A stretch of DNA of 64,000 bases, taken from an uncultured Patescibacteria group bacterium. Its GTDB lineage: Bacteria; Patescibacteriota; Patescibacteriia; Veblenbacterales; UBA10138. Both the position numbers and the translations under genes were made by a program. The notes below the pieces were generated by a model, which saw nothing but the letters and a program-made list of their open reading frames with translations, was not told the DNA's origin and did no database searches. This document shows, one piece after another, positions 18,713-28,912 of this stretch (position 1 is its first letter; every line of letters begins with the position of its first letter). The stretch covers positions 44-64,043 of the forward strand of contig CALFUV010000012.1 in the NCBI GenBank assembly GCA_937929825.1. Direction: 5' to 3'.

Positions 18713-19570
18713 TTATTCGTTCAAACTTCTTAACTTATGCTCAACCATAGCTGACATGGCTTCAATAACCGGAGTAAAAATTTCCCGTAGATCATATTCT
18801 TTTTTTCTTTTCGATAGCTCCCAACGTAAAGCCGACAAATATACCATTCTAAGATCGGTGTCAATATTAACCACAGATACTCCTAAACCGGCTGCTTTCT
18901 TTAAATCAGATATCGGTACACCAGATCCGCCGTGAAGTACTAAGGGCACTTTGACTTCTTTATTTATTTTTGCCAAACGCTCAAAATCTATTTTAGGCAA
19001 ACGTCTAAATATCTTAATAGGTCCATGTAGGGTACCTACAGCCACACCTAAACTATCAACGCCTGTTAGTTTTACAAACTCTCTCGCCTGCATAGGATCA
19101 GTCATCAATTCATTATCAACCAATAAACGTTTATTCAGAGTGGTGCGTGGTTTTAAGGCGCCTACTTCTCCCTGAACTGCCACTCCGTGGTAATGTGCCA
19201 GCTTAACTACCTGCCTTGTCAGTCTAACATTTTGGGCAAAAGGTAAATCAGAACCATCTATCATAACTGAAGAAAACCCGGCTTTTATAGCCGCAGCACA
19301 TATTTCCAAGCTTTTTCCATGATCCAAATGAATGGCCATAGGCACCTTACCACCGGCTTCATTAGCAATAGTTTTTACCATAGCCACCATGGTATTAATA
19401 CCTATATATTCTAAAGATTTTGGGGTAATCTCAAATATTATCGGCTTATTTAATTTATATGCAGCACGCGCAATCGCTAAAGTGGTTTCTACATTAAGGG
19501 TATTAAACGCTACTACTATTTTTTTTTGACGATAAGCGTTATTAATTATTTTAGCGGCTGAAACAATCAT
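18713..19570 (-). CDS. fba: Class II fructose-bisphosphate aldolase
   Basis: HLDHG, SVMIDGS, GTLHG, LVLHGGSG, NIDT. Confidence 0.9.
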   Translation of the reverse strand: MIVSAAKIINNAYRQKKIVVAFNTLNVETTLAIARAAYKLNKPIIFEITPKSLEYIGINTMVAMVKTIANEAGGKVPMAIHLDHGKSLEICAAAIKAGFSSVMIDGSDLPFAQNVRLTRQVVKLAHYHGVAVQGEVGALKPRTTLNKRLLVDNELMTDPMQAREFVKLTGVDSLGVAVGTLHGPIKIFRRLPKIDFERLAKINKEVKVPLVLHGGSGVPISDLKKAAGLGVSVVNIDTDLRMVYLSALRWELSKRKKEYDLREIFTPVIEAMSAMVEHKLRSLNE

Positions 19571-19573
19571 AAT

Positions 19574-20347
19574 TTATAATTTATTCATTAGATTTATAAA
19601 ACGCTTGTCTTCCAAACTTGCACCGCCAACCAATACTCCAGATAATAAACCTTGCCCTACAAAATAATGAATGTTGGTTGGATCAACGCTGCCGCCGTAA
19701 ATTATAGACACCTGACTTTTCAATGCTTTCGGACTAAAAAAATCAAGCATAGTCTGATAAATAACCAAAGCAGTTTCAGATGCTTCACGAGGTTCAACCG
19801 CCTGCCCAGAACCAATAACCCAAACAGGCTCATAAGCAATTATGAGATGTGATTCTGGAGTTAGTACCACGCCATTTAAAGCTGAACTTACCTGACGGGC
19901 AATAACCAAATCTTTTTGCCCAGACTGACGTTCAGCAAAAGTTTCGCCAACGCACAGTATAGGTTTTAACCCTTCAGATAAAGAAGCTAATAGCTTTTGT
20001 TGAATCATAGCGTCAGTTTCCTTTAAAAATTGACGACGTTCCGAATGGCCAATAATTACGTATTCAACTCCAATTTCAACTAATACTCTAGGACTAACTT
20101 CGCCGGTGTAGGGTCCTTGTGTTTTCCAAAAAACATCTTGGGCTCCTAAACTAACATTTTTTTTCTTTATAACTTCAGCTACCCCGCTTAGGGCCGGAAA
20201 GGTTGGACACAATACCAAACTCAATCTTTCCTGAAATTTATTCTTAATATATGCTTCACACAAATTTTTAGATAAAACCACACTTTCCTTCACAGAAAGG
20301 TTCATCTTCCAATTAGCTACCAATAAAGGTAATTTTTTAACAGGCAT
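19574..20347 (-). CDS. tpiA: Triosephosphate isomerase
   Basis: NWKMN, GHSERR, AYEPVW, YGGSV, VGGASL. Confidence 0.96.
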   Translation of the reverse strand: MPVKKLPLLVANWKMNLSVKESVVLSKNLCEAYIKNKFQERLSLVLCPTFPALSGVAEVIKKKNVSLGAQDVFWKTQGPYTGEVSPRVLVEIGVEYVIIGHSERRQFLKETDAMIQQKLLASLSEGLKPILCVGETFAERQSGQKDLVIARQVSSALNGVVLTPESHLIIAYEPVWVIGSGQAVEPREASETALVIYQTMLDFFSPKALKSQVSIIYGGSVDPTNIHYFVGQGLLSGVLVGGASLEDKRFINLMNKL

Positions 20348-20408
20348 AATAAAAATATCCTCCTGTCTTTATATTAAAATAAATTAAGTCAATCGACCAG
20401 ACCCCGAC

Positions 20409-20984
20409 TTATTCTCCTGATGGTTGTGTTGTTTGGCCGGAAATTATCTGATTCAAAACTTCATCTTTAGATAAAGTTTCATATTCAGGTAATTTATCTA
20501 ATGATGATAGCCCTAAGTACCTTAAGAAATCAACAGTTACCTGATATCGAGGTGTTAAAGAATTTTCAGCTGTCATTTCCACCAAACCACGAATCATTAA
20601 ATTACGCAATATCAAACTACAATTCACTCCTCTAACCTGCTCTAATTCTGCTTTGGCTAATGGGCCACGATAAGCCAAAACAGATAAAGTTTCTAGTTGC
20701 GGTCTGGTTAAATCTCCTAACTCCTCAGCTTTAATAAAATCTTTTACCAACTCTGAATGTTCTGGTCTGGTAGCCATAACAACTTCGCCTTGATGCAAAA
20801 TTATCTCCAAACCATGTTGGCCGTCTATATAAATTTGCTCCAATTCTTTCGCAACTTTTTCCACTTCAGTCGTCGTAACAGCCAACATATCGGCTATTTT
20901 TTTTAGACTTAATGGTTTACCAGCGGCAAATAAAATACTTTCCAATTTACTACGTAAATTTATTTTATTGTTAGATGATGACAT
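20409..20984 (-). CDS. scpB: SMC-Scp complex subunit ScpB
   Basis: LESILFA, ETLSVLAYRGP, EQVRGVN; adjacent to scpA. Confidence 0.93.
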   Translation of the reverse strand: MSSSNNKINLRSKLESILFAAGKPLSLKKIADMLAVTTTEVEKVAKELEQIYIDGQHGLEIILHQGEVVMATRPEHSELVKDFIKAEELGDLTRPQLETLSVLAYRGPLAKAELEQVRGVNCSLILRNLMIRGLVEMTAENSLTPRYQVTVDFLRYLGLSSLDKLPEYETLSKDEVLNQIISGQTTQPSGE

Positions 20985-20993
20985 AAAAAATAA

Positions 20994-21695
20994 TTATTCA
21001 GGACGAGATAAATTAATTTCTTGGAAAAGAGCAGATTGTTCGGCAATTAACTGACGTTGCTTGACAAGTTCTAACAGTGCTAAAAAAGAAACTATTACTT
21101 CTGTTTTATCTTTTGCTTCCTTAATAAGACTCTGCCAATTTAAGTGCGCTTTTTTTAATATCATGGCTTTAAGTGACTGAATTTTCTCAGTTATAGAAAT
21201 TCCTCTTTGCAAAGTAATTTGCGGCAATTTTATAATTGGCTCAAGAGCGGCAATCACCCGTGTTAAAGCTTGCATTAAATTTTCTGAATTAAGATTAACC
21301 GGCGGCCCTGATGATATTTCACCTTTTAAAATCAAAGGCTTGGGTCTAATCCAAGCTACTCGTTTAGCGCGCCACATTTTATCTATTACCTTGCTAATAT
21401 TAATAAACCTCTGGTATAGACGCAATTGACGCTCCAATTCCTCAGCTTCCTCTTCCCCACCAAGATTTAATGAAGGTAATAAAAGACGCGATTTAATAAG
21501 CAATAATTTAGCCGCCACCACTAAAAAATCAGCTACTTCTTCTGGATTTAGCTCTTCAACTTGTTTTAAATAATCAATATACTGATCAGTTACCTGAGCT
21601 AAACTAACCTCGCTAATATCAAGTTTTTCTTGTTCAATTAATTGCAACAAAAGATCCAGTGGTCCAGTAAATTTTTCTAATCTAATTTCATACAT
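20994..21695 (-). CDS. scpA: Segregation/condensation protein ScpA
   Basis: FTGPLDLLLQLI, KSRLLLP, SFLALLEL. Confidence 0.93.
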   Translation of the reverse strand: MYEIRLEKFTGPLDLLLQLIEQEKLDISEVSLAQVTDQYIDYLKQVEELNPEEVADFLVVAAKLLLIKSRLLLPSLNLGGEEEAEELERQLRLYQRFINISKVIDKMWRAKRVAWIRPKPLILKGEISSGPPVNLNSENLMQALTRVIAALEPIIKLPQITLQRGISITEKIQSLKAMILKKAHLNWQSLIKEAKDKTEVIVSFLALLELVKQRQLIAEQSALFQEINLSRPE

Positions 21696-21855
21696 AATTT
21701 ATCTCCTTAAAAATTATTATCCTAATATAACTCCCATATAATCTCTTTAAATTTTAACGTTTTCCTTTAATAATATAATTTATCTTTACGCTCCACTAAA
21801 CTAACCGTCAAAACTGTTATCTTAATTTTTCTCATTTAGTAATTTCGGGCATAAT

Positions 21856-22338
21856 TTACTCTCTTTTTTTGGAAAAGTTAGCTAATTTACCCTCAACTAT
21901 CTTAAGCAAATCTTTGGTTTTTAAATGTATAGACTCTTCAAAACTGCCGACTTGGACTACAGTTTTCTGGGCTTTCATTAAGGCTTTATCAATATATACG
22001 GGTAACTTGGCCATAACGCCATGAAAAGGTGACAATGCGCCCGGCTTGACTTTAAACAATTTAACCATCACCTTTTCTTTATCAATCTCAACCTTCTTGA
22101 CGCCCAATACTTTTTTTAAAGCCTTAAAATCAACTTGACGTGAGGCTGGTAAAACCAAAATAGCATGTCCTTTGTCTAATTTAACCACTAAAGTTTTACT
22201 GACTTCTGATAATTTCTTTTTAAGAGTTTGAGCTAAATCATAAGCAGTATAAACCGTACGGTGCGCTAACACTTCATATTTGACTTTTTGTTTTTTTAAA
22301 AAATTTGCCACTTTGGCAGGCATGGGCCTATGATTCAT
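21856..22338 (-). CDS. YbaK/EbsC-family aminoacyl-tRNA deacylase-like protein
   Basis: HRTVYTAYDLA, KTLVVK, PGALSPF. Confidence 0.8.
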   Translation of the reverse strand: MNHRPMPAKVANFLKKQKVKYEVLAHRTVYTAYDLAQTLKKKLSEVSKTLVVKLDKGHAILVLPASRQVDFKALKKVLGVKKVEIDKEKVMVKLFKVKPGALSPFHGVMAKLPVYIDKALMKAQKTVVQVGSFEESIHLKTKDLLKIVEGKLANFSKKRE

Positions 22339-22356
22339 ATATTTCTCAATTAATTA

Positions 22357-22623
22357 TTAATTACCAAACTTAGTTAAGGTATCAAAAATAGGAATATTAA
22401 AAGACTGTAAAATAATGAAAAAAATGATTATTAAAGCACACCATAAGATTATTTTAAAAATTAGACTGGTGATAATTTTAAGTACAAAAGACATAATAAC
22501 AGCTGCACCCAAACCTATAGCCCAGATTGGCAAACTACGACTAAGACCGTCTACATAATGAGACGGCATGTATAATATAATTAATTGACCGATTTTAGTT
22601 AACCAATCTAAAACCGCTTCCAT
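22357..22623 (-). CDS. Small hypothetical membrane protein
   Basis: Two hydrophobic helices; tight operonic spacing. Confidence 0.65.
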   Translation of the reverse strand: MEAVLDWLTKIGQLIILYMPSHYVDGLSRSLPIWAIGLGAAVIMSFVLKIITSLIFKIILWCALIIIFFIILQSFNIPIFDTLTKFGN

Positions 22624-22626
22624 AAA

Positions 22627-22950
22627 TTATTTTTTATGATTGCTTTTAGATATTCTTAAGGGTAAAACTTGTTGTTCACCTAAAAGCCTACGAGCTATCT
22701 TCCTGCCGGCGGGCATTAAACGCACTTCCTTAATGTACCACTTTTCAGGAGTTCTGACACCATAACCAACCAGTAACCCCTTATCTATTAAGCTTTCCAA
22801 ACTTTTAGTAATAATATTTACCATATCAGCCTGCTTTGGTTTAAATTTTTGGATCTCATAAAACTTAGCAAAACTAGTTCTACTAACAACCCTAGCTGAA
22901 GAATTATAACAAAATTTTAATATATACTTTTGCAAAGGCGAGAGGCGCAT
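22627..22950 (-). CDS. Hypothetical basic protein, probable winged helix
   Basis: LSPLQKYIL...SLESLIDKGLL...LMPAGRK pattern. Confidence 0.65.
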   Translation of the reverse strand: MRLSPLQKYILKFCYNSSARVVSRTSFAKFYEIQKFKPKQADMVNIITKSLESLIDKGLLVGYGVRTPEKWYIKEVRLMPAGRKIARRLLGEQQVLPLRISKSNHKK

Positions 22951-22958
22951 AAATCATT

Positions 22959-23627
22959 TCATAATAATTTAAATCTATTTATTATTAAATTAAATTTTAA
23001 GTTTAATTTTTCTGCCGCCTGCCGGCAATAAGACATGCGTTCGCTAAAAATCTCAAAGTACTCCCCAACCGGTGCTTGATTGGTATCTATGCGCAGTTTT
23101 AAAGTCACTGTCCGCTGGCTAGCACTTAATAAAAATTCATTTTTGGTCACAGCATAATTAACTCGATCATGAATATCGCGAGCTCTGTTTTCAGGACTGC
23201 CATTCATTACTCGTGAACGTCGAACATCTGATTTATCTGCTAGTATTAAACAAGCGGCTACTGGATTAGGAATTTTAATTTCATCTTTATCGTGCGCCAC
23301 AATAGCTTGCATAATTATAGCTAATTCTTCTACCGGTAAACGATTGCGAAAATTCTCGCCAAATAATATACCTCCCCAATAATGATGTTGAGTGCGACCC
23401 AAAAAATTTGCCATATCATGACAATAACCAGCCATAGCGGCTAACTCCTGCCGGCGGACTGAAAGTTTGGCTGCTTTAGCTACCTCTCTAGCTCGTTCAG
23501 CCACCACTTCCACATGCTTAAAACCATGATCTGTAAAACCTAAAAATTTCATATATTCACCGGTTTGGCGAATATACTCGTTTATATTTTTATCTGCTTT
23601 AACATCACTTAAAGTAAATTGCTTCAT
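22959..23627 (-). CDS. HD-domain phosphohydrolase
   Basis: HGFKH, CHD, AHD, LADKSD motifs. Confidence 0.85.
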   Translation of the reverse strand: MKQFTLSDVKADKNINEYIRQTGEYMKFLGFTDHGFKHVEVVAERAREVAKAAKLSVRRQELAAMAGYCHDMANFLGRTQHHYWGGILFGENFRNRLPVEELAIIMQAIVAHDKDEIKIPNPVAACLILADKSDVRRSRVMNGSPENRARDIHDRVNYAVTKNEFLLSASQRTVTLKLRIDTNQAPVGEYFEIFSERMSYCRQAAEKLNLKFNLIINRFKLL

Positions 23628-23631
23628 ATAA

Positions 23632-24183
23632 TTACAAATAACTTTGTCTTTTAGCGAGCAATAACCAATCTTTCTTTATAACTGCCAAAAGAATAGAGTC
23701 ATAAAATTTTCCTTGTTTAAGAACATACTGACGTAATAAACCTTCACACTTATAACCACATTTTTTATTATAAGCCATACTTCTAGGATTATTGGTTAAA
23801 ACATAACTTTCTACTCGATTCAAATCTAATTTCAAAAAAGCATACCTAAGCAAAGTCATTTTAGCATCCGAACCATAACCTCTGCCCCAATACTTACTGT
23901 CGGCAATGAAAGCTCCACTAATTGCCCTCTTATGTTTTTTATCTATACGAGCCAAACTCATAACTCCTATTGGTTCGCCGGTATCCTTTTTTTTAATTAC
24001 AAAGTGTTTGGAAATTTTGCTTTTTACCATTTGTCTCACCTTTCTTTTTTCTTTGGCTAAACTAATGGGTATTTCAGTAGTTAAAAATCTGTTAACTTTT
24101 TTATTATTTATCCAACGGTGAAGCATTTTAGTATCACTTATTTTTACCGGACGCAAAACGACTTTTTTGCCTTTTAAAATCAT
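23632..24183 (-). CDS. RimJ/RimL-type GNAT acetyltransferase
   Basis: YWGRGYGSDA, NPRS..YNKKCGY..EGLLR. Confidence 0.88.
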   Translation of the reverse strand: MILKGKKVVLRPVKISDTKMLHRWINNKKVNRFLTTEIPISLAKEKRKVRQMVKSKISKHFVIKKKDTGEPIGVMSLARIDKKHKRAISGAFIADSKYWGRGYGSDAKMTLLRYAFLKLDLNRVESYVLTNNPRSMAYNKKCGYKCEGLLRQYVLKQGKFYDSILLAVIKKDWLLLAKRQSYL

Positions 24184-25616
24184 TTGACTTCTATACCTAA
24201 TTCATTTAACTGTTCAGGAGTAACTTCATCTGGCGAGCCCATAAGAAGATCTTTGGCGTCAGCTGTTTTAGGAAAAGCTATAACTTCACGAATATTTGGT
24301 TCGTTTGCCAGCACCATAATTAATCTATCTAACCCCCAGGCAATTCCGCCATGCGGCGGCGCACCTAATTGTAAGGCATGACAAATAGCTGAGAAATTAT
24401 CTGTAACTTCTTTTCCGCTGTATCCTAAAATTTTAAAAACAGCCAGCAAATCTTCTAACTTATGATTTCTAATACTTCCTCCCCCTATTTCCCAGCCATT
24501 GAGTACTATATCATACTGCGTAGTAAGAATTGTTGGGATAACTTTATCATTTTTCAATATATGAGCTTGCGATAGAGACACTCCAAAACTCTTCATTGCT
24601 TCAATATATTCATCTTTAGGTTTTGAAAATGGATTGTGAGTAAATGTCCAGCCTGTTGGTGAATCGTCATCTTTCTCAAAAAAAGGAAAATCCACAACCC
24701 AACAAAAAGCCAATAAGTTAGGGTCGTTCTTATCCTTTCTTAAATCTGGCCTGTCGGTTCTGTAATTATTCATTACCTCGTTATATGTCAAGCGCGGGAA
24801 AGGAACTTCTTGAATTTTTTTCTCAGGGCAAATATTTTTTATAATCTCAATTAATAATTCCTCATTTAATCGCATTACATCTTCACGCTCCACAAAACTC
24901 ATTTCCAAATCAAGTTGAGTAAATTCCGGTTGTCTGTCGCCTCGAGTGTCCTCATCCCTAAAACATCTTGCAATCTGAAAATAACGCTCTACTCCCGCAC
25001 ACATCAGTAGTTGCTTATACTGCTGTGGTGATTGTGGCAGGGCGTAGAACTTGCCTTTATATAAACGAGATGGTACCAAATAATCCCTAGCACCTTCAGG
25101 AGTGGATTTAGAAAGTATTGGTGTTTCCACTTCCCTAAAACCTCGCTCTGATAAAAACTGTCGAATAAACAAAATCACTTCATGGCGCAAACTTAAATTT
25201 TTTTGCAAACGCTCATGACGCAAATCAAGGTAACGATATTTTAAGCGCAATTCTTCAGATGCCTGCCTATCTTCATTATCAATTTCAAAGGGCGGGGTTT
25301 TAGCTTCATTTAAAATTTCTAACTTCTCACATAATAGCTCTAATTTACCTGAAGCTAACTTATCGTTTTCACTGCCTGCTTTTCTAGCCTGAACTACACC
25401 GCTTGCGGAAACAACGAATTCAGGACGAATTTCTTTGACTGCCTTAATTGTTGCTTCCTCTGCATTCGGCGGCACTATCACCTGCATAAGCCCACTCATA
25501 TCTCGTAAATCAAAGAACACCATTTTACCCAAGTTCCTCCGCGCATGAACCCACCCCTTGAGCACTACTTGATCACCAACTTTATTAATTGCTTCTGAAA
25601 TTAAAATGCGAGTCAT
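24180..25616 (-). CDS. aspS: Aspartate-tRNA ligase, short form lacking the GAD insertion
   Basis: RLKYRYLDLR, STPEGARDY, ALPQSPQQYKQ, RQPEFTQLD, APPHGGIAWGLDR. Confidence 0.93.
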   Translation of the reverse strand: MTRILISEAINKVGDQVVLKGWVHARRNLGKMVFFDLRDMSGLMQVIVPPNAEEATIKAVKEIRPEFVVSASGVVQARKAGSENDKLASGKLELLCEKLEILNEAKTPPFEIDNEDRQASEELRLKYRYLDLRHERLQKNLSLRHEVILFIRQFLSERGFREVETPILSKSTPEGARDYLVPSRLYKGKFYALPQSPQQYKQLLMCAGVERYFQIARCFRDEDTRGDRQPEFTQLDLEMSFVEREDVMRLNEELLIEIIKNICPEKKIQEVPFPRLTYNEVMNNYRTDRPDLRKDKNDPNLLAFCWVVDFPFFEKDDDSPTGWTFTHNPFSKPKDEYIEAMKSFGVSLSQAHILKNDKVIPTILTTQYDIVLNGWEIGGGSIRNHKLEDLLAVFKILGYSGKEVTDNFSAICHALQLGAPPHGGIAWGLDRLIMVLANEPNIREVIAFPKTADAKDLLMGSPDEVTPEQLNELGIEVK

Positions 25617-26120
25617 ATGCTAATAAATTTCTTTTAATTATAAGTGAGCTTGCTTTATTTAAAGCAATACCTGAACTACTTAACGACAAATCTTTTAATA
25701 TATAAGTTTTATAACCCATATCAATGCCATCAAAAGCTGAAGCTATAACACAAGCATCAATATCTATACCACATAAATACACTTTTTTATTTTATTCTTA
25801 ATTAATAATTTAATTATATCTTTTGAATTAAACACTGAATAAGTACTTCTTTTTACTAATTTATACTTTTTACTTAATACTGCCAAAGTTGGTACAATAT
25901 CAATATCTGGAGATTTTAAACACGCTTTCCACTTTAATTCATTAAACAGTATCGTCTGGCGATTATTAACAAAAATTGAAAAAATTATCAAATCAAATCT
26001 ATGTTTATTTATTTCAATGTAATTAGCAATCTTTCCGGGTAATGAACTTGTATACTTATTAATGAAGAATTTCTGAATATCTACTATAATTAAAGCATTT
26101 TTATCTCTGAATTTTTTCAT
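25585..26120 (-). pseudogene. Isochorismatase/cysteine hydrolase family gene split by a -1 frameshift (pseudogene, recoded gene or sequence error)
   Basis: 5' frame carries IVDIQ and KRSTYSVF; 3' frame carries VYLCGIDIDACV; junction at AAAAAAG (25788-25782). Confidence 0.8.
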
Positions 26121-26121
26121 T

Positions 26122-27411
26122 TTAAGGTCTTAATCTGTTAATTAAACGTGGAAAAGGTATACTCTCACGCACATGTTTCAAACCACAAACCCAAGCTACC
26201 AAACGTTCTAAACCTACACCAAAGCCCGAATGCGGCACACTGCCATATTTGCGCAAATCTAAATACCATTGGAAATCAGCAATATTTAATTTTTCTTTCT
26301 TCATTCTTTCAAGCAAGGTATTATAATCATCTTCACGCTGGCTACCACCAATAATTTCACCATACCCCTCAGGCGCTAATAAATCAGCATTTAATACGCG
26401 AATTGGATCAGCTGGATCTCGTTTCATATAAAAAGCCTTAACTTCTGCTGGATATTTCTCCACAAAAATAGGTTTATCATAAAGTTCGGTTAAAAGTGTT
26501 TCATCATCCGCACCCAAATCATCCATATCTTTTATATCACTTCCTCTCTCGTGTAATTTAGTAATAGCTTCTTTATGAGTAAGCCGATAAAATGGCGGGG
26601 TTACTCTTTGTAAAATCGTAGTATCGCGTTCCAATATATTCAATTCATTTTTATTATTTTCCAAGACAGTTTTAACGACTGCTGTAATTAAATTTTCCTG
26701 AATTTTTAAATTTTCCTCGTGCTCCACAAAAGCAGCCTCTGCGTCCATCATCCAAAATTCAGTAAGATGACGGCGGGTCTTGCTTTTCTCTGCCCTAAAA
26801 ACAGGACCAAAATCAAATACCCGACCATGGCTAAATATAGCAGCTTCAATATATAATTGACCAGACTGCGTTAAATAAGCCGGTTCGCCAAAATAATCTA
26901 TGGAAAAAAGTGTGGTTGTGCCCTCGCAAGAAGTGGGTGTTAAAATCGGCGCGTCTATTTTTACAAAACCCTGCTGATTAAGATGGGAATAAATAGCATT
27001 TATAATTGTATTACGAACACGCTGAATAGCCCATTGCCGACGCGATCTTAACCACAAATGCCTATTATCCAACAAAAAATCAGGCCCATGCTCTTTTTTG
27101 CCAATTGGATAATCTTCTGCCCGAGAAACTAAATTAATTAATTTGGCTTTTAGCTCATATTCTTCTTTTTTGGGATGCTTATCCACCACGCCAATAATAA
27201 TCACCGAACTTTCTAAAGTTAATTTTTGAGCAATCTGATAGCTTTTATCATCAATTAATGCCTCATCCACTATAACCTGAGCATAACCAGCTCCATCCCG
27301 AAGTTCCAAAAACCAAATTTTGCCCGAAGAACGTAAATTTTGTACCCACCCGCGTAACTCAACCTCTTGATCTTGATATCTGGGCAGGTCTTTGGTAAAA
27401 ATATGTTTCAT
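26122..27411 (-). CDS. asnS: Asparagine-tRNA ligase
   Basis: CEGTTTLF, YLTQSGQLY, FRAEKSKTRRHLTEFWM, EIIGGSQRE, PHSGFGVGLER. Confidence 0.93.
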   Translation of the reverse strand: MKHIFTKDLPRYQDQEVELRGWVQNLRSSGKIWFLELRDGAGYAQVIVDEALIDDKSYQIAQKLTLESSVIIIGVVDKHPKKEEYELKAKLINLVSRAEDYPIGKKEHGPDFLLDNRHLWLRSRRQWAIQRVRNTIINAIYSHLNQQGFVKIDAPILTPTSCEGTTTLFSIDYFGEPAYLTQSGQLYIEAAIFSHGRVFDFGPVFRAEKSKTRRHLTEFWMMDAEAAFVEHEENLKIQENLITAVVKTVLENNKNELNILERDTTILQRVTPPFYRLTHKEAITKLHERGSDIKDMDDLGADDETLLTELYDKPIFVEKYPAEVKAFYMKRDPADPIRVLNADLLAPEGYGEIIGGSQREDDYNTLLERMKKEKLNIADFQWYLDLRKYGSVPHSGFGVGLERLVAWVCGLKHVRESIPFPRLINRLRP

Positions 27412-27511
27412 ATTGAGTATAATGTAACATTTTTAATTAATTTTGACAAAAACAATTTATTAGATTAGACCAGTGGCACTTTAATCTATAAATGATATAT
27501 TATTTATAATT

Positions 27512-27982
27512 ATGACTTGCCAATTTATCAAATCTGTAAAAAAAATATTTTGGCGGGTTTTTGAACCATTTTTCCCTACTTTCAGGGATGCTTGGGTGGC
27601 GTTGGGATTTATTAGTCATAACGTTAGACAGCCATACCTTTATGGTACTATAAAACCTGGCCTTAATCGTCAAGACTTAAAAAAACATTTAAGTACTGCT
27701 GGTTTTGATAATGATTATTTAGCCTGGATTGATCCTGACGAAATTTTAAATATGCGTAAAGTTGTCAATGGTGATTATCAGTATCACGTGCGTCTATTTA
27801 TTGATGGAGAGGTTAGAGCACATTATGAGTTTACACCTGAATCGCATCCGTTTAAGCATTTATATGATGTTGGCTTAACAGACGGCGCTGATTATCTCAA
27901 ACCACTACTAGCCAACCTAGTTCAGGAACTACCTGAACCATCGTTGTCTTTACGCAATAATACCCAAGGTGAAACATCTTGA
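27512..27982 (+). CDS. Hypothetical protein
   Basis: 156-aa ORF with a natural-looking QYHVRLF.DGEVRAHYE.TPE.HP..H motif. Confidence 0.75.
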   Translation: MTCQFIKSVKKIFWRVFEPFFPTFRDAWVALGFISHNVRQPYLYGTIKPGLNRQDLKKHLSTAGFDNDYLAWIDPDEILNMRKVVNGDYQYHVRLFIDGEVRAHYEFTPESHPFKHLYDVGLTDGADYLKPLLANLVQELPEPSLSLRNNTQGETS

Positions 27983-28245
27983 GCTAAATAAAAAGCTTGC
28001 ACCAATTCACTGCGGGTAATAATACCTTTAGTTAGATGACGGCTATTATGGCGATACATTGGCTCAATTATTAACGGCGGGCCAAATTCGTCAAAATATT
28101 CCAGTGCTTTTTTAATAAGCACCACCCGCTTCCCCTCACCTGAGTGGCGATTTAATAATTTAAAGAAAAAACTCTGCAGCCAGATAAAAAAATGTAATGC
28201 TATTGGCAACCCGCAACGATGACATTTACCACGCAATCGCCACAT
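27922..28245 (-). CDS. Hypothetical protein with N-terminal CxxC
   Basis: Starts directly after the dedA stop; convergent 61-nt overlap with the previous ORF. Confidence 0.5.
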   Translation of the reverse strand: MWRLRGKCHRCGLPIALHFFIWLQSFFFKLLNRHSGEGKRVVLIKKALEYFDEFGPPLIIEPMYRHNSRHLTKGIITRSELVQAFYLAQDVSPWVLLRKDNDGSGSS

Positions 28246-28884
28246 TTATTTTTGTCTCCTTTTTTGCCAAGCTTTTCTAAGCTTGGCCATAATACTTTGA
28301 CGATGGGTGCGACTAATTATCAATTTCCAAACCGCCGGCAATACTGAAACTATTATTATTAAAGCAACTATGGGCAATAAGTATTTATCTACTCCTGGTA
28401 TAATGCTACCAAGATAATAACCCAGCAAAGTTAAACCAATAGTCCATAAAACTGCGCCTACTATATTATAGATTAAAAAAGTGGGATAATGCATATCACC
28501 CACACCGGCTAAAATAGGCGCTAAAGTACGAATACCCGGAATAAACCTAGCCAAAATAATGGTTTTCCCGCCGTGACGGGCATAAAAAGCTTGAGCTCGG
28601 ACAACATTTTCCGGATTAAAAAAAAGTGAATGCTGTCTGGTAAAAAATTTTTTGCCTACTCGTCGGCCAAAAGTATAACCAACACTGTCACCAGTCACCG
28701 CCGCCACAAAAAATATAGTGAGTAAAGTCACAATATCAAATATCCCCTGCGAACTTAAAAAACCGGCAGTAAAAAGTAAACTATCGCCGGGAAAAAAAAT
28801 ACCAACCAATAACCCTGATTCAGCGAAAATAATACCAAATAAACCAACATAACCAGCTGTAGTAATAATTGATTCCAAATTCAT
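28246..28884 (-). CDS. dedA: DedA/VTT family membrane protein
   Basis: FAESGL...PGDSLLFTAG, GDSVGY, LARFIPGIRT; start refined to MNLES. Confidence 0.88.
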   Translation of the reverse strand: MNLESIITTAGYVGLFGIIFAESGLLVGIFFPGDSLLFTAGFLSSQGIFDIVTLLTIFFVAAVTGDSVGYTFGRRVGKKFFTRQHSLFFNPENVVRAQAFYARHGGKTIILARFIPGIRTLAPILAGVGDMHYPTFLIYNIVGAVLWTIGLTLLGYYLGSIIPGVDKYLLPIVALIIIVSVLPAVWKLIISRTHRQSIMAKLRKAWQKRRQK

Positions 28885-28912
28885 AAATGTTTTTATAATT
28901 GTTTTATTAGAC

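Noticed and set aside
21696-21853. AT-rich gap beginning ATG CCC GAA ATT ACT AAA TGA on the minus strand
   Set aside because: Could be a gene relic but has multiple stops and no identifiable homology
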